The translations under genes and the position numbers were made by a program. The notes beneath the pieces are model-generated. The model was not told the DNA's origin, did no database searches, and saw nothing but the letters and a program-made list of their open reading frames with translations. From NCBI GenBank assembly GCA_023145615.1, contig JAGLDK010000008.1, positions 9,837-73,836 on the forward strand: a stretch of DNA of 64,000 nt, read 5' to 3'. This DNA is from Ichthyobacteriaceae bacterium. GTDB taxonomy: Bacteria > Bacteroidota > Bacteroidia > Flavobacteriales > JADGDT01. Below are positions 9,961 to 20,317 of the stretch, one piece after another. The first letter of the stretch is position 1, and every line of letters begins with the position of its first letter.

Positions 9961-12615
9961 TTAAAAGTTAACTCTTACTGTAAAATTGAAGTTTCTACCC
10001 CAACCCATAAAACCAACAAAATTTTCTCTCAAGTGATCTTTACCATCAACTCCTTCAGCCATATATTCAGCATCTAACACATTATATACATTTACACCTG
10101 CATACATATCTAAAGTATTAAACATAAAATCATAACCAACTGTCATATCTAAAGTATTGAACGATGGAATTTCGAATGATTGCTCTCTATCAGCAACCAC
10201 CCCTTCGCTTACCATTCTTGACTTTACATCAAAAGAAGAATAAAAGTTTGTATTATAATTCCAGTTTGCACTAATAAACATTCCTTTTGCAGGTTTAACT
10301 TTAGCAGTTAATCCGAATTGAGTTTGAGGAGCATCAGCAACTTTTAATCCATCTAATGCAACAATAACATCTTTTTCAATTAAAGTTTGATCCTGAGAAT
10401 CTACCACATCAGTTGTAGGGTCGTTCGTATACTCCCAATTTCCTACCGATGCAAAAGCACCAATATCAAAATAACTACTAATATTATAATTTGCCTCTAA
10501 TTCAATACCGATATGCGTTTGAGATAAATCGGTAAAATTAGCTGTAGCTCTTTTTTTAACCATATCACCATCAACCAATGCTTTATAATCGTAAGTAGCT
10601 GATAAATATCTGTCGGACCATTGAGTGTAATAAGCATTTACCTTAACTGCAATTTTCTCACTTCTGAAACCATAACCAACTTCTCCAGCTATAATTTTTT
10701 CATTATTCAAGTTTTTATTAACATCATTTCTATAATTTATAAAAACAGCATTAATAAAAGGTGCTCTAGAATAATAGCCCAAATTAACGTAAACATTATT
10801 ATTATCGTTCAGGTTATAATTCGACCCTAACTTAAAGTTATATCCTAAACTTGTAACCTCATCAGCATTCTCTACTTTTGCATAACTAAAATAATCGGTT
10901 CTGTTATACCAATTATTCGATACTGATGCTGTTGCAAATACCGATACCGCTTCTGTACCATATTCTAACTGAGAAAACAAACCACCGTAACTTACCTTTC
11001 CAACACTATTAAAGTCAACTATATCGCCAACCTGTGCATCTACATTACCCGATCTTTTAGAATCGTTCCAACCATTAGCACCTAATAAATCTTTAACCTG
11101 ACGGTAATGTTCTCCAGTATATGTACGAGCATCAATACCAACCATTAAGTTTAAATCATCAGTTAACTCATTTTTGTATGTTGATAAAACACCATACCAA
11201 CTATGATTATTCATTGAATTAACCAAAATCATTGCGGCATTACCCTTTCCTTCCTTTTCTTCTGCAGCTAACTGTCTGTTTGTTTCAATAACCTTGGCCC
11301 AATCTTGTCGTAAAGTACCATTATCATCAAACTGTCCATTATCATCAAATTTTTCTTTCGGAACATTATACTTCCAGTTACCATTTGTTCCGTCTTCTAA
11401 ACTAAAACCTCTACCTACAATACCTGATCCACCACCTGAACCAAAAGAAGCATAAGCCGAAGTTGTAATAATTTGCCCATCAGTAATATGCCAAATCCAA
11501 TTTAAACCAAGTTGTGGTTTATGATAAAAGTTCTCGCTTTCGTTTGTTAACTGACTTTGAGATGTATATCCCCAATTGGCATTATATGATCTATCAATAG
11601 TTTCGTAATCTTCGTAAGAAAACATACTGTATTTTCCACCCGGACGCTTACCGTGTACTTGTGGTGCACCTGAAGCTGTAAAAAGCAAGGTATGATTATC
11701 ACCTAATTTCTGAGATGCTGTAAAAAAGTAAGAATAAACATTAGCCCAAGTTTGCTCAATATATCCAGTACCTTGAGTTTTTGATAAAACCATTGTAGCA
11801 GCAAAACCTGACTCTAACAAACCTGTTGATAAACCTACCTTAGTTTTATACATACCATAATTAGTAGATGATCCTTCAACAAATCCACCAGCTTCTGATT
11901 CTGATGGCTTAGTAAGAATATTCATAGTACCACCAACCGAGTTTACGGCTAATTTAGATGCTCCTAAACCTCTTTGAACTTGTATTGAACGTGTTGCATC
12001 CGAAAGTCCTGCCCAGTTACTCCAGTAAACTTTACCATTTTCCATGTCGTTTACAGGAATTCCATTAACCATAACCGCAATATTTTCTTGAGAAAAACCA
12101 CGAATGTTTATTTTAGAATCTCCTACTCCTCCACCCGATTTGGTAGCATATACACCAGGTGTAGTTTTCATAATTTCGGGTAATTCCTGAGAACCTAATT
12201 CTTGTTGAATTTGTTTCGATGAAATTGTTGAAACAGCAACAGGAGTTTTTCTATCAACTGCAACATCGGCAACTAATAAAACTTCTTGCAAACCAACAGC
12301 ATCGGCATACATGTCAACTTGCCCTATTTTTGTAACAGAACCTTCTGAAACAGAAAATGGAACTTCAATTGTAGAATATCCCATAAACGACAATTCTAAA
12401 ATACCACTAGCAGTTGAAACCGAAATTTCAAAAGATCCATCAAGCTTTGTAGTAATTCCGTTTGATGTACCTTTTTCAATAACATTGGCTCCTACCATAA
12501 CATCATTCATATCAGCATCCCAAGCAGTACCTTTTACAATACCCTGAGAAAATCCAAAAATGGAAATTAACATAAGTACCGCTGATAAATAAAATTTAGC
12601 AATAGTCATTCTCAT
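9961..12615 (-). CDS. TonB-dependent receptor (CarboxypepD_reg-like N-domain, plug, barrel)
   Basis: Signal peptide, plug motifs (INIRGF, VMVNGIPVND, IQVQRG) and C-terminal GRNFNFTVRVNF. -7 box TATTTTTG at 12844-12851. Confidence 0.92.
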   Translation of the reverse strand: MRMTIAKFYLSAVLMLISIFGFSQGIVKGTAWDADMNDVMVGANVIEKGTSNGITTKLDGSFEISVSTASGILELSFMGYSTIEVPFSVSEGSVTKIGQVDMYADAVGLQEVLLVADVAVDRKTPVAVSTISSKQIQQELGSQELPEIMKTTPGVYATKSGGGVGDSKINIRGFSQENIAVMVNGIPVNDMENGKVYWSNWAGLSDATRSIQVQRGLGASKLAVNSVGGTMNILTKPSESEAGGFVEGSSTNYGMYKTKVGLSTGLLESGFAATMVLSKTQGTGYIEQTWANVYSYFFTASQKLGDNHTLLFTASGAPQVHGKRPGGKYSMFSYEDYETIDRSYNANWGYTSQSQLTNESENFYHKPQLGLNWIWHITDGQIITTSAYASFGSGGGSGIVGRGFSLEDGTNGNWKYNVPKEKFDDNGQFDDNGTLRQDWAKVIETNRQLAAEEKEGKGNAAMILVNSMNNHSWYGVLSTYKNELTDDLNLMVGIDARTYTGEHYRQVKDLLGANGWNDSKRSGNVDAQVGDIVDFNSVGKVSYGGLFSQLEYGTEAVSVFATASVSNNWYNRTDYFSYAKVENADEVTSLGYNFKLGSNYNLNDNNNVYVNLGYYSRAPFINAVFINYRNDVNKNLNNEKIIAGEVGYGFRSEKIAVKVNAYYTQWSDRYLSATYDYKALVDGDMVKKRATANFTDLSQTHIGIELEANYNISSYFDIGAFASVGNWEYTNDPTTDVVDSQDQTLIEKDVIVALDGLKVADAPQTQFGLTAKVKPAKGMFISANWNYNTNFYSSFDVKSRMVSEGVVADREQSFEIPSFNTLDMTVGYDFMFNTLDMYAGVNVYNVLDAEYMAEGVDGKDHLRENFVGFMGWGRNFNFTVRVNF

Positions 12616-13281
12616 AATTTAATAGTTAATTGGTTAAAATAAATCAATAGTTATATATTAAAAACTTGTTATAAAATGCATACCTATATAATACTGTAAC
12701 TGAAACTGAAAATAATTATCATTGCTTAACAAAAAACAATAATGATTTCAACTTATTTAAGTGCAACTAATGTTAAAAAACACTCATTTAATTACACTAT
12801 AATACTGATTAACATGAATTTACTACTTATTCTTTAGAAAGTGCAAAAATATTTAAAATTAATATAACTACATATATCGTAAACCTTACAACTTAAAACC
12901 ATTATACTTTACATTTATGAAAGTGTATTTTCAATAAATATCAATTCATTAAAATAATGAAACTTGTACTAAAAAAACACCTCTTATTTTTTAAATAAAT
13001 ACACGTTTATCCTTAAAAATATGATGTTTGTCATAAAGTTTAAGCTTTTATACCTGCTAAATATTTATTATGTGTGTGTTTTTTAACTAAAATTGAGAAA
13101 CTACACCTATATATTATGTTAATAACTCAATATAATTTATGTGGAAGTAATTATTAAACTATTTAATAAAAGTTTAATAAGTTATTATATGTTACTTAAT
13201 AGATGTAACATATAATAATGAATAATAATGAAAAGAAATTGCACGTAAATTATACTTATATCTCTGATATTCAAATCGGTG

Positions 13282-13312
13282 TTGTGTAATAACAAAATTA
13301 TATCTACTTTTG
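13282..13312 (+). promoter_or_regulatory. rpsA promoter (-33 TTG at 13282, -7 TACTTTTG at 13305-13312)
   Basis: Canonical Bacteroidota elements with a 20-nt spacer. Confidence 0.7.
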
Positions 13313-13429
13313 CACACCTTTTAGCGGTAATTAGGAATTAAAGGGTTGAAAATTAATTATTTAACATTCTCTCAGAAGTATTCGTTTATTCCTATAAAAT
13401 AACTGAGATACAAAACAAAATTTTCCAAC

Positions 13430-15199
13430 ATGTCAGAGGAAAATAAAAATATCGAAGAGCAAGACCAATTCGCAAATTTTGATTGGGCAGCTTATGAAGC
13501 AGGAATTGAAGATCAAAATCCTGAAGTTAGAAAAGAAATGGAAGAGCTTTATGCTCAATCTCTTGGTGACGTAAATGAAAGTGATGTAGTAGACGGACTA
13601 GTAGTACGTATTACTGACAGAGATGCTATCATTGACATCAACTCGAAGTCTGAAGGAGTTATTTCTCTTAACGAATTCCGTTACAACGCTAATTTAGCTG
13701 TTGGAGATAAAGTTGAAGTTCTTGTTGACAAAAAAGAAGACAGAAACGGACAGTTAGTACTTTCTCACCGTAAGGCTCGTGCTATTAAGGCTTGGGAAAA
13801 TGTTAACAAAGCTCACGATGAAGGAACAATTGTTAATGGTTTCGTAAAATGTAGAACTAAAGGTGGTATGATTGTTGATGTATTCGGTATCGAAGCATTC
13901 TTACCAGGTTCTCAAATTGACGTTAAGCCTATCCGCGATTACGATCAGTATGTTGAGAAGAACATGGAATTCAAAGTTGTTAAAATTAACCACGAATTCA
14001 AAAACGTTGTTGTTTCTCACAAAGCACTTATTGAAGCCGATCTTGAAATCCAGAAGAAGGAAATCATTTCTCAGTTAGAGAAAGGACAAGTTCTTGAAGG
14101 AACTGTTAAGAACATTACTTCTTACGGTGTATTTATCGATTTAGGTGGTGTTGACGGATTGATTCACATTACTGACCTTTCTTGGTCAAGAATCAACCAC
14201 CCATCAGAAGTTGTTGAATTAGATCAGAAACTTAATGTTGTAATCTTAGACTTTGATGAGGCTAAGACTCGTATCCAACTTGGATTAAAACAACTACAGG
14301 CTCACCCTTGGGATGCTCTTGACGGAGAATTAAAAATAGGTGATACTATAAAAGGTAAAGTAGTAGTACTTGCTGATTATGGTGCGTTTGTAGAGATTGC
14401 TCCAGGTGTTGAAGGATTAGTACACGTTTCTGAAATGTCTTGGTCTACTCACTTACGTTCTGCTCAAGATTTCGTAAAAGTTGGTGATCAGTTAGAAGCA
14501 CAAATTCTTACGTTAGATAGAGATGACAGAAAAATGTCTCTTGGTATTAAACAATTATCTCAAGATCCTTGGGCTAATATTACTGAGAAATATCCTGTTG
14601 CTTCTAAGCACCAAGGTATTGTACGTAACTTTACAAACTTCGGAGTATTTGTTGAATTGGAAGAAGGAATTGACGGACTTATCTACATCTCAGACCTATC
14701 TTGGACTAAGAAAGTTAAGCACCCATCTGATTTCTGTGAAATAGGACAAAAATTAGATATTCAGGTTCTTGAATTAGATACTAAATCTCGTCGTTTGTCT
14801 CTTTCTCACAAGCACACTCAAGAAAATCCTTGGGATAAATACGAAGCAAAATATACTCTTAACACAGTAATTTCTGCTACTATTAACGAAGCTAACGATA
14901 AAGGAGCTACTGTAATTCTTGATGAAGGTGTTGAAGGATTTATTCCATCTCGTCACCTTGTAAAAGAAGACGGAAAGTCAATCGTAAAAGGAGAAACTGC
15001 TGAATTTAAAGTAATTGAATTCAACAAAGATCTTAAGCGTATCGTTCTTTCTCACACAAATATCTTCAAAGAAATTGAAGCTAAGAATGTGAAAGAAAAC
15101 AAATCAAAAGCTACTACTAATAACGATTCTGAAAAATCTACTTTAGGTGATTTAGACGCATTAGCAGCATTAAAAAAGAAAATGGAAGAAGGGAAGTAA
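13430..15199 (+). CDS. rpsA: 30S ribosomal protein S1
   Basis: Repeated S1 domains (AFLPGSQID, GVDGLIHITDLSW, GVEGLVHVSEMSW) and codon usage typical of high expression. Confidence 0.98.
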   Translation: MSEENKNIEEQDQFANFDWAAYEAGIEDQNPEVRKEMEELYAQSLGDVNESDVVDGLVVRITDRDAIIDINSKSEGVISLNEFRYNANLAVGDKVEVLVDKKEDRNGQLVLSHRKARAIKAWENVNKAHDEGTIVNGFVKCRTKGGMIVDVFGIEAFLPGSQIDVKPIRDYDQYVEKNMEFKVVKINHEFKNVVVSHKALIEADLEIQKKEIISQLEKGQVLEGTVKNITSYGVFIDLGGVDGLIHITDLSWSRINHPSEVVELDQKLNVVILDFDEAKTRIQLGLKQLQAHPWDALDGELKIGDTIKGKVVVLADYGAFVEIAPGVEGLVHVSEMSWSTHLRSAQDFVKVGDQLEAQILTLDRDDRKMSLGIKQLSQDPWANITEKYPVASKHQGIVRNFTNFGVFVELEEGIDGLIYISDLSWTKKVKHPSDFCEIGQKLDIQVLELDTKSRRLSLSHKHTQENPWDKYEAKYTLNTVISATINEANDKGATVILDEGVEGFIPSRHLVKEDGKSIVKGETAEFKVIEFNKDLKRIVLSHTNIFKEIEAKNVKENKSKATTNNDSEKSTLGDLDALAALKKKMEEGK

Positions 15200-15230
15200 T
15201 TCTCAGAATTCATATTCTAAATAAAGCTTT

Positions 15231-15265
15231 AAAGCCTGTACCATTTTATGGTGCAGGCTTTTTTT
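15231..15265 (+). terminator. Intrinsic terminator of rpsA
   Basis: AAAGCCTGTACCAT-ttt-ATGGTGCAGGCTTTTTTT. Confidence 0.9.
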
Positions 15266-15585
15266 ATATAAAAAAAGATATGATTTTTATTGTTTCGAAG
15301 TTATCATAGCCTCACAAACTTACTATTAAGTGCCATGACACAATTATTTGTGTACGAAAATTTAAACGAGTTTTTATACGTGCTAGATAATTAACCATTA
15401 CTTAAATTCAACCTTATATTCAACTAATAAATACAGTTTATTCAATAATATAAAACTCACACTTAAAACATGCTCTTAAACAATCAAATATGCGTTTAAT
15501 AGCAATACTAATTACCTAATACAAAGAATTTTAGTAACTTGAAAACAATATAGATATATTACATTAATAATTAATACATATAAGT

Positions 15586-16278
15586 ATGTTGTTATCAAAA
15601 AAATTAGGAGCTGAATTTCTAGGTACTTTTTGGTTAGTGTTTGGAGGAACAGGAAGTGCAGTTTTAGCAGCTGGGTTTCCAGATGTTGGTATCGGACTTT
15701 TAGGAGTTTCGTTAGCCTTTGGACTTACAGTACTAACATGGGTTTATGCTTTTGGACACATTTCTGGAGGTCATCTTAATCCTGCGGTTTCAATTGGACT
15801 ATGGATGGGAGGACGATTTTCATCATCAGAATTAGTACCGTATATAATATCTCAAGTACTTGGTGGAATTGCAGCATCAGGAGCCTTGTATTTAATTGCA
15901 AGTGGTATTGACAGTTTTACGTTAACCGATGGTTTTGCATCAAATGGATACGGAATACACTCGCCTGGTGGATACTCGTTAATGTCGGTTTTTGTAGCCG
16001 AATTTATATTAACATTTATATTCCTGATGATAATACTTGGAGCAACCGATGATAGAGCACCAAAAGGATTTGCACCTTTAACAATAGGTTTAGCATTAAC
16101 TTTAATACACTTAATAAGTATACCTGTATCAAATACATCTGTTAACCCTGCAAGAAGTTTGGCACCAGCTTTATTTGTTGGAGATTGGGCTTTAGCACAA
16201 GTTTGGGTATTTATTTTAGCGCCAATTTTAGGAGCTATTGTAGCAGGTTTAGTGTATAAATTTTTTAAAGAAGAATAG
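15586..16278 (+). CDS. aqpZ: Aquaporin Z
   Basis: Two NPA motifs ([19 protein letters not shown]) and the AqpZ-type FASNGYG.HSPGGY loop. Confidence 0.96.
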   Translation: MLLSKKLGAEFLGTFWLVFGGTGSAVLAAGFPDVGIGLLGVSLAFGLTVLTWVYAFGHISGGHLNPAVSIGLWMGGRFSSSELVPYIISQVLGGIAASGALYLIASGIDSFTLTDGFASNGYGIHSPGGYSLMSVFVAEFILTFIFLMIILGATDDRAPKGFAPLTIGLALTLIHLISIPVSNTSVNPARSLAPALFVGDWALAQVWVFILAPILGAIVAGLVYKFFKEE

Positions 16279-16314
16279 TGTTTATATAAAAACATAAATA
16301 TAACTTAATAAAAT

Positions 16315-16686
16315 ATGGAAGTAGCAATTATTGCACATGATGGTAAGAAAGCTGAAATGGTTTCATTTCTGATGAAGTATTACGAATTATTAAACAAAAA
16401 AAACATACAATTAATTTCAACCGGAACAACTGGTGTACATGCTGAAAAAGCTGGATTAAAAGTAACTAAATTTCAATCGGGTCCTATTGGTGGAGATGCA
16501 GAAATAGCAGCAAGAGTTGTACAAGGACATGTTAAAATGGTTTTGTTTTTCAGAGATCCATTAGGTAAACATCCACACGAACCAGATGTTGCTATGCTTA
16601 TGAGATTATGCGATGTGCATAATGTACCGCTAGCTACTAATCCGGCAACTGCCGATTTACTTATAAATTCAATTAATGAATTATAA
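16315..16686 (+). CDS. mgsA: Methylglyoxal synthase
   Basis: IAHDGKK, TGTTG, SGPIGGD, FFRDPL..HPHEPDV and RLCDVHNVPLATN motifs. Confidence 0.96.
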   Translation: MEVAIIAHDGKKAEMVSFLMKYYELLNKKNIQLISTGTTGVHAEKAGLKVTKFQSGPIGGDAEIAARVVQGHVKMVLFFRDPLGKHPHEPDVAMLMRLCDVHNVPLATNPATADLLINSINEL

Positions 16687-16823
16687 GATTTCTTGTAGTT
16701 AAAAATAAATTTTCTGATTTAGTAAATAGTTTAGTTGTAGAAGTTTTTATTAACACTGTTTTTATTATCAGTGATGGGGCTAACAATCAATAATTATTCT
16801 ATAAATTTCATCAGATAACCAAA

Positions 16824-16863
16824 TTAAAAAAAAGCTAGAGAATTATCTCTAGCTTTTTTTTAA
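16824..16863. terminator. Bidirectional intrinsic terminator closing the polysaccharide locus
   Basis: TTAAAAAAAAGCTAGAGA-atta-TCTCTAGCTTTTTTTTAA. Confidence 0.9.
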
Positions 16864-16886
16864 CCTTAAATTTAAGTTCTATAAAA

Positions 16887-18242
16887 TTAATCCTTTTTTA
16901 ATATTCTTTTTAATTGAGTGGTTGATATTCCTTTAGTTCTAGGTAAATAATCTACATCACAATAATCTTTCAAAAAATCAAATTCACCTTTCCAATCATC
17001 TCCCATTACAAAAACATCTATATTGTATTTTTTAACATTATCTATCTTCTGATTCCAATTTTTTTCGGGTATTACCTTATGTACATAACTTAATGACTCA
17101 AGCAATTCTTTTCTTTTTTCGTAACTATGGATACAAGTTTTTCCTTTTTCTAAATTAAATTCATCAGTTGATAAGCCAACTATTAATTTAGTACCGTAGC
17201 TTTTTGCACGTCTAAGAATTTCTAAATGACCATAATGTAATAAATCAAAAGTTCCATAAGTTAAAATAACTTTTTCTCTTTGAATAACTAGATCTTCAAA
17301 ATCAATATCAATTATACCTGTTTTATCTAAAAAAGCCTTTTTAACCACTTTTAAAAGTGGCAATCTGTTTATAACTTTATCAGGAACTATATCTAAAATC
17401 ATATCTAACGATTTTTTACCTTCTAAAACTACACTATTATCACTATCACTATAAAAACCTTTACCCATTAACAAACCTAATGTTCTGTTTCTACTTAAAT
17501 CGTTTAACGATGTTAAACCTAAGTCTCCAAAACCACAACTCAAATTTATTGTGCTTTCATCTCCTCCTAAACTTTTAAGTAATACTATAATTTCGTTAAA
17601 TGATTTTGTAAGAACTAAAAAACGAGTATTTGCCGAATTGTATTTAGCATCAGTATAACCCACTAAAATAGCATATATATTTTTCAATACACTTAGCACT
17701 TCCACCCCAGTTATATCAGTTGTTGTATCAATAAAAACATTAGTACCTTTTATTATTTCAATAATTGATTTATGATTTTCTCTTTTACTATATCCAAGTG
17801 TAAATATCGAATTTGAACCATGAATTAATTCACTTGCAAAAGTTGGACCTTTTAAGGTTATTACATCACAATTTGGTAATACTTGTTTTACATAATCAAC
17901 AATATTAATTTCTTTTGAAATTAAACCTTTAGCCAAATTAACAATCAATGTTCCATCTGAAATAAACATTTTATTGTTTTCAAAAAACTCACCTATAGAA
18001 GAAGAAGGAATTGCAATAAATATAATATCAAAATCTTTTAGTTTTGATAAATCTGAGCTAGCATATAATTTATCGCTTAAAAAGGTATTTGGAAATACTT
18101 TTGTGTTTTTATTTTTATTATTTATTTCATCTACCTTAAAATAATCTGTAGAAAACAGACATACAGCATTATTTTTATTAATTGTTAAACTATTACCTAA
18201 CGCAGTACCGAATTGTCCGGCTCCAATAATTGCTATCTTCAT
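16887..18242 (-). CDS. Fusion of NAD(P)H-dependent glycerol-3-phosphate dehydrogenase (GpsA-like) and glycerol-3-phosphate cytidylyltransferase (TagD-like)
   Basis: N-terminal GAGQFGTAL, AKG, GPTFA, LKNIYAI and GDL.LT...SRN (GpsA); C-terminal TYGTFDLLHYGH, GDDW.G.FD and RTKGISTT (TagD), all in one ORF. Confidence 0.88.
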   Translation of the reverse strand: MKIAIIGAGQFGTALGNSLTINKNNAVCLFSTDYFKVDEINNKNKNTKVFPNTFLSDKLYASSDLSKLKDFDIIFIAIPSSSIGEFFENNKMFISDGTLIVNLAKGLISKEINIVDYVKQVLPNCDVITLKGPTFASELIHGSNSIFTLGYSKRENHKSIIEIIKGTNVFIDTTTDITGVEVLSVLKNIYAILVGYTDAKYNSANTRFLVLTKSFNEIIVLLKSLGGDESTINLSCGFGDLGLTSLNDLSRNRTLGLLMGKGFYSDSDNSVVLEGKKSLDMILDIVPDKVINRLPLLKVVKKAFLDKTGIIDIDFEDLVIQREKVILTYGTFDLLHYGHLEILRRAKSYGTKLIVGLSTDEFNLEKGKTCIHSYEKRKELLESLSYVHKVIPEKNWNQKIDNVKKYNIDVFVMGDDWKGEFDFLKDYCDVDYLPRTKGISTTQLKRILKKD

Positions 18243-18473
18243 TTATTTTATTTTAGTGTGTAGTAAAAGATACAAAATATCAACAAATAACTAACTCAGC
18301 ATTTATATAAATACTGAATTAATTACTCATTAATATTTTATTTATACTTATAAAAAATATGTATTATTTAATACTAAATAACAATTAATACTTCGATTAA
18401 AGATATATAACTTTATATGTAACAAAGTAAACTCCGTTTATATTTTCTTCAAAAAAAACACACCAAAATCAAG

Positions 18474-19214
18474 TTATTTAATTTTTTTACCCGGTACACC
18501 TACAATAGTATCTCCATCCGATACATCTTTTATTACAACTGCACCCGCACCAATTACAACCCATTTACCAATTTTCATACCCTGTATAACTGTTGTTCCA
18601 GCACCTATATGAGTTCCTTCTCCAACTTCAACGCTTCCACACAAATTTGCTCCAGGCGATATATGCACGTAATCATGAATTACACAATCATGATCAACAG
18701 ACGATAATGTATTTATTATACAGTGTTTACCAATTTTTGAAGATGCATTTACAACTGCTCCAGCCATAATAACAGTACCTTCTCCAATTTTGGAAGTTGA
18801 ATCTATAATTGAATCGGGATGAATTGCTGTAGCAAAAGACCCTTTTAAACTATTAGATATTCTTTTACGGGCTTTATTATCTCCTATTGTAATAATAATA
18901 TCCGATTTTACTTTTTGCAAACTTGTATTTTCAACAAAATGCCCCTCTATTTCTTTAACATTATCATCAAAAATTCTAACTACTCCTACCTTCATTAACT
19001 TCAAGATATCGTACACCACTTTCGAATGACCTCCTGCTCCATAAATTACAACTGCATCATCCTTAGTTTTTTCTTCTGATGAAATTTTTACAGGAATATA
19101 TTTTGTTGGAGTAAAAGTTGGTACATCATACGTAATAGCCTTGCTACGCCTGAGCATCAACACGTCAACCTTTTTTGCTTTCGATCCTAGATTTATAATT
19201 CTTGTCATATCCAC
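18474..19214 (-). CDS. PglD/NeuD-type sugar N-acetyltransferase (hexapeptide repeat)
   Basis: IYGAGGHSKVV, IGDN..R, INT...VDHDC and hexapeptide repeats. About 50 aa N-terminal extension, so the start is uncertain. Confidence 0.88.
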   Translation of the reverse strand: MDMTRIINLGSKAKKVDVLMLRRSKAITYDVPTFTPTKYIPVKISSEEKTKDDAVVIYGAGGHSKVVYDILKLMKVGVVRIFDDNVKEIEGHFVENTSLQKVKSDIIITIGDNKARKRISNSLKGSFATAIHPDSIIDSTSKIGEGTVIMAGAVVNASSKIGKHCIINTLSSVDHDCVIHDYVHISPGANLCGSVEVGEGTHIGAGTTVIQGMKIGKWVVIGAGAVVIKDVSDGDTIVGVPGKKIK

Positions 19215-19457
19215 ACCTTTTAAATATGAATTTGCATTACACTCCTATTATTTACAGTAACAAATAATTATATTTAACATTAAATTCACAAATAAATTTA
19301 AAATTCAACATTATTAGTTACTTAAACTAATAATTGACAAAACACTGCTACAACAAAAAAACATTAAAAACACAACAACTTACGCTTTCAGCTTCCTTTA
19401 TAAGTAATTAAACCAATCATTTATTATAATATTTACACATACAAATTAATATTATTT

Positions 19458-20066
19458 TCAAACTTCACTTCCTTTAAAAGCAACCATAGTAGCATGTCCA
19501 TCGCTACTAATTCCTTCACTTTTAAACACTTTCCAAACAGTCATTAAAATCACTTTAATATCTAGTAAAAACGAAATATTATCAACATACCAAACATCAT
19601 AATCAAATTTCTTTTCCCACGATATGGTATTTCGTCCATTTACTTGTGCCCACCCCGAAATTCCAGGACGAACTTCATGTCGACGTTTTTGAGTTTTATT
19701 ATACAATGGTAAATACTGTACCAATAATGGCCTAGGACCAATTAAACTCATATCTCCTTTTATAACATTTAACAATTGGGGAATTTCATCAAGCGATATT
19801 TTGCGTATAAAACTTCCTACTATTGTTAATCTTTCGGCATCGAGCAACAACTCTCCATCCAAACCTCTTTCGTCAGTCATAGTTTTAAACTTTATAACTT
19901 TAAAAATCTTATTATCCTTACCCGGACGAGGTTGTAAAAAAAATGGAGTGCCTTTATTTGCAATAAAAAGCAACAACATTACTATTACAAATACCGGACT
20001 GATGATAATAAATGCCAAACTAGATAAAGTAAAATCTACAATTCGTTTTATTAAAATTCTATACAT
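19458..20066 (-). CDS. Initiating phosphoglycosyltransferase (PglC/WeeH-like)
   Basis: KRIVD, FF.Q.RPG, KFKTM, SLDEIPQL.NV.KGDMSLIGPRP and RPGISGWAQVNGRN. Confidence 0.93.
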   Translation of the reverse strand: MYRILIKRIVDFTLSSLAFIIISPVFVIVMLLLFIANKGTPFFLQPRPGKDNKIFKVIKFKTMTDERGLDGELLLDAERLTIVGSFIRKISLDEIPQLLNVIKGDMSLIGPRPLLVQYLPLYNKTQKRRHEVRPGISGWAQVNGRNTISWEKKFDYDVWYVDNISFLLDIKVILMTVWKVFKSEGISSDGHATMVAFKGSEV

Positions 20067-20317
20067 ACAGTTTTGTTTCAGTTCATATTTATATCTGTTT
20101 TTAAATTTGGTATTCTATATTTAACACTTTACTCTTTTTTAATGTTTAGCAACAGTTATGCAATAACTAAGAAATTTTTCAGAAACAACTGTTACAACAC
20201 TTTAATATTGTTTACAACAAAAAATATGATCCTTTAAAAACTCCAAATAAATTATATCATTTTTTTTTAAAGGATTCATATAAAACAAAAAATCAAATAA
20301 TAAACACTGTTGTAATC

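Noticed and set aside
15852..16295. 147-aa minus-strand ORF, and the other short overlapping track ORFs (e.g. 3302-3673, 19801-20124, 26961-27263, 47974-48285, 58734-59117)
   Set aside because: They lie antisense or out of frame within well-supported genes and show no recognisable motifs.
15586..18242. Functional DHAP/glycerol module of aqpZ, mgsA and gpsA-tagD
   Set aside because: The genes are convergent and separated by a terminator, and AqpZ has water-channel rather than GlpF signatures. Adjacency is probably coincidental.
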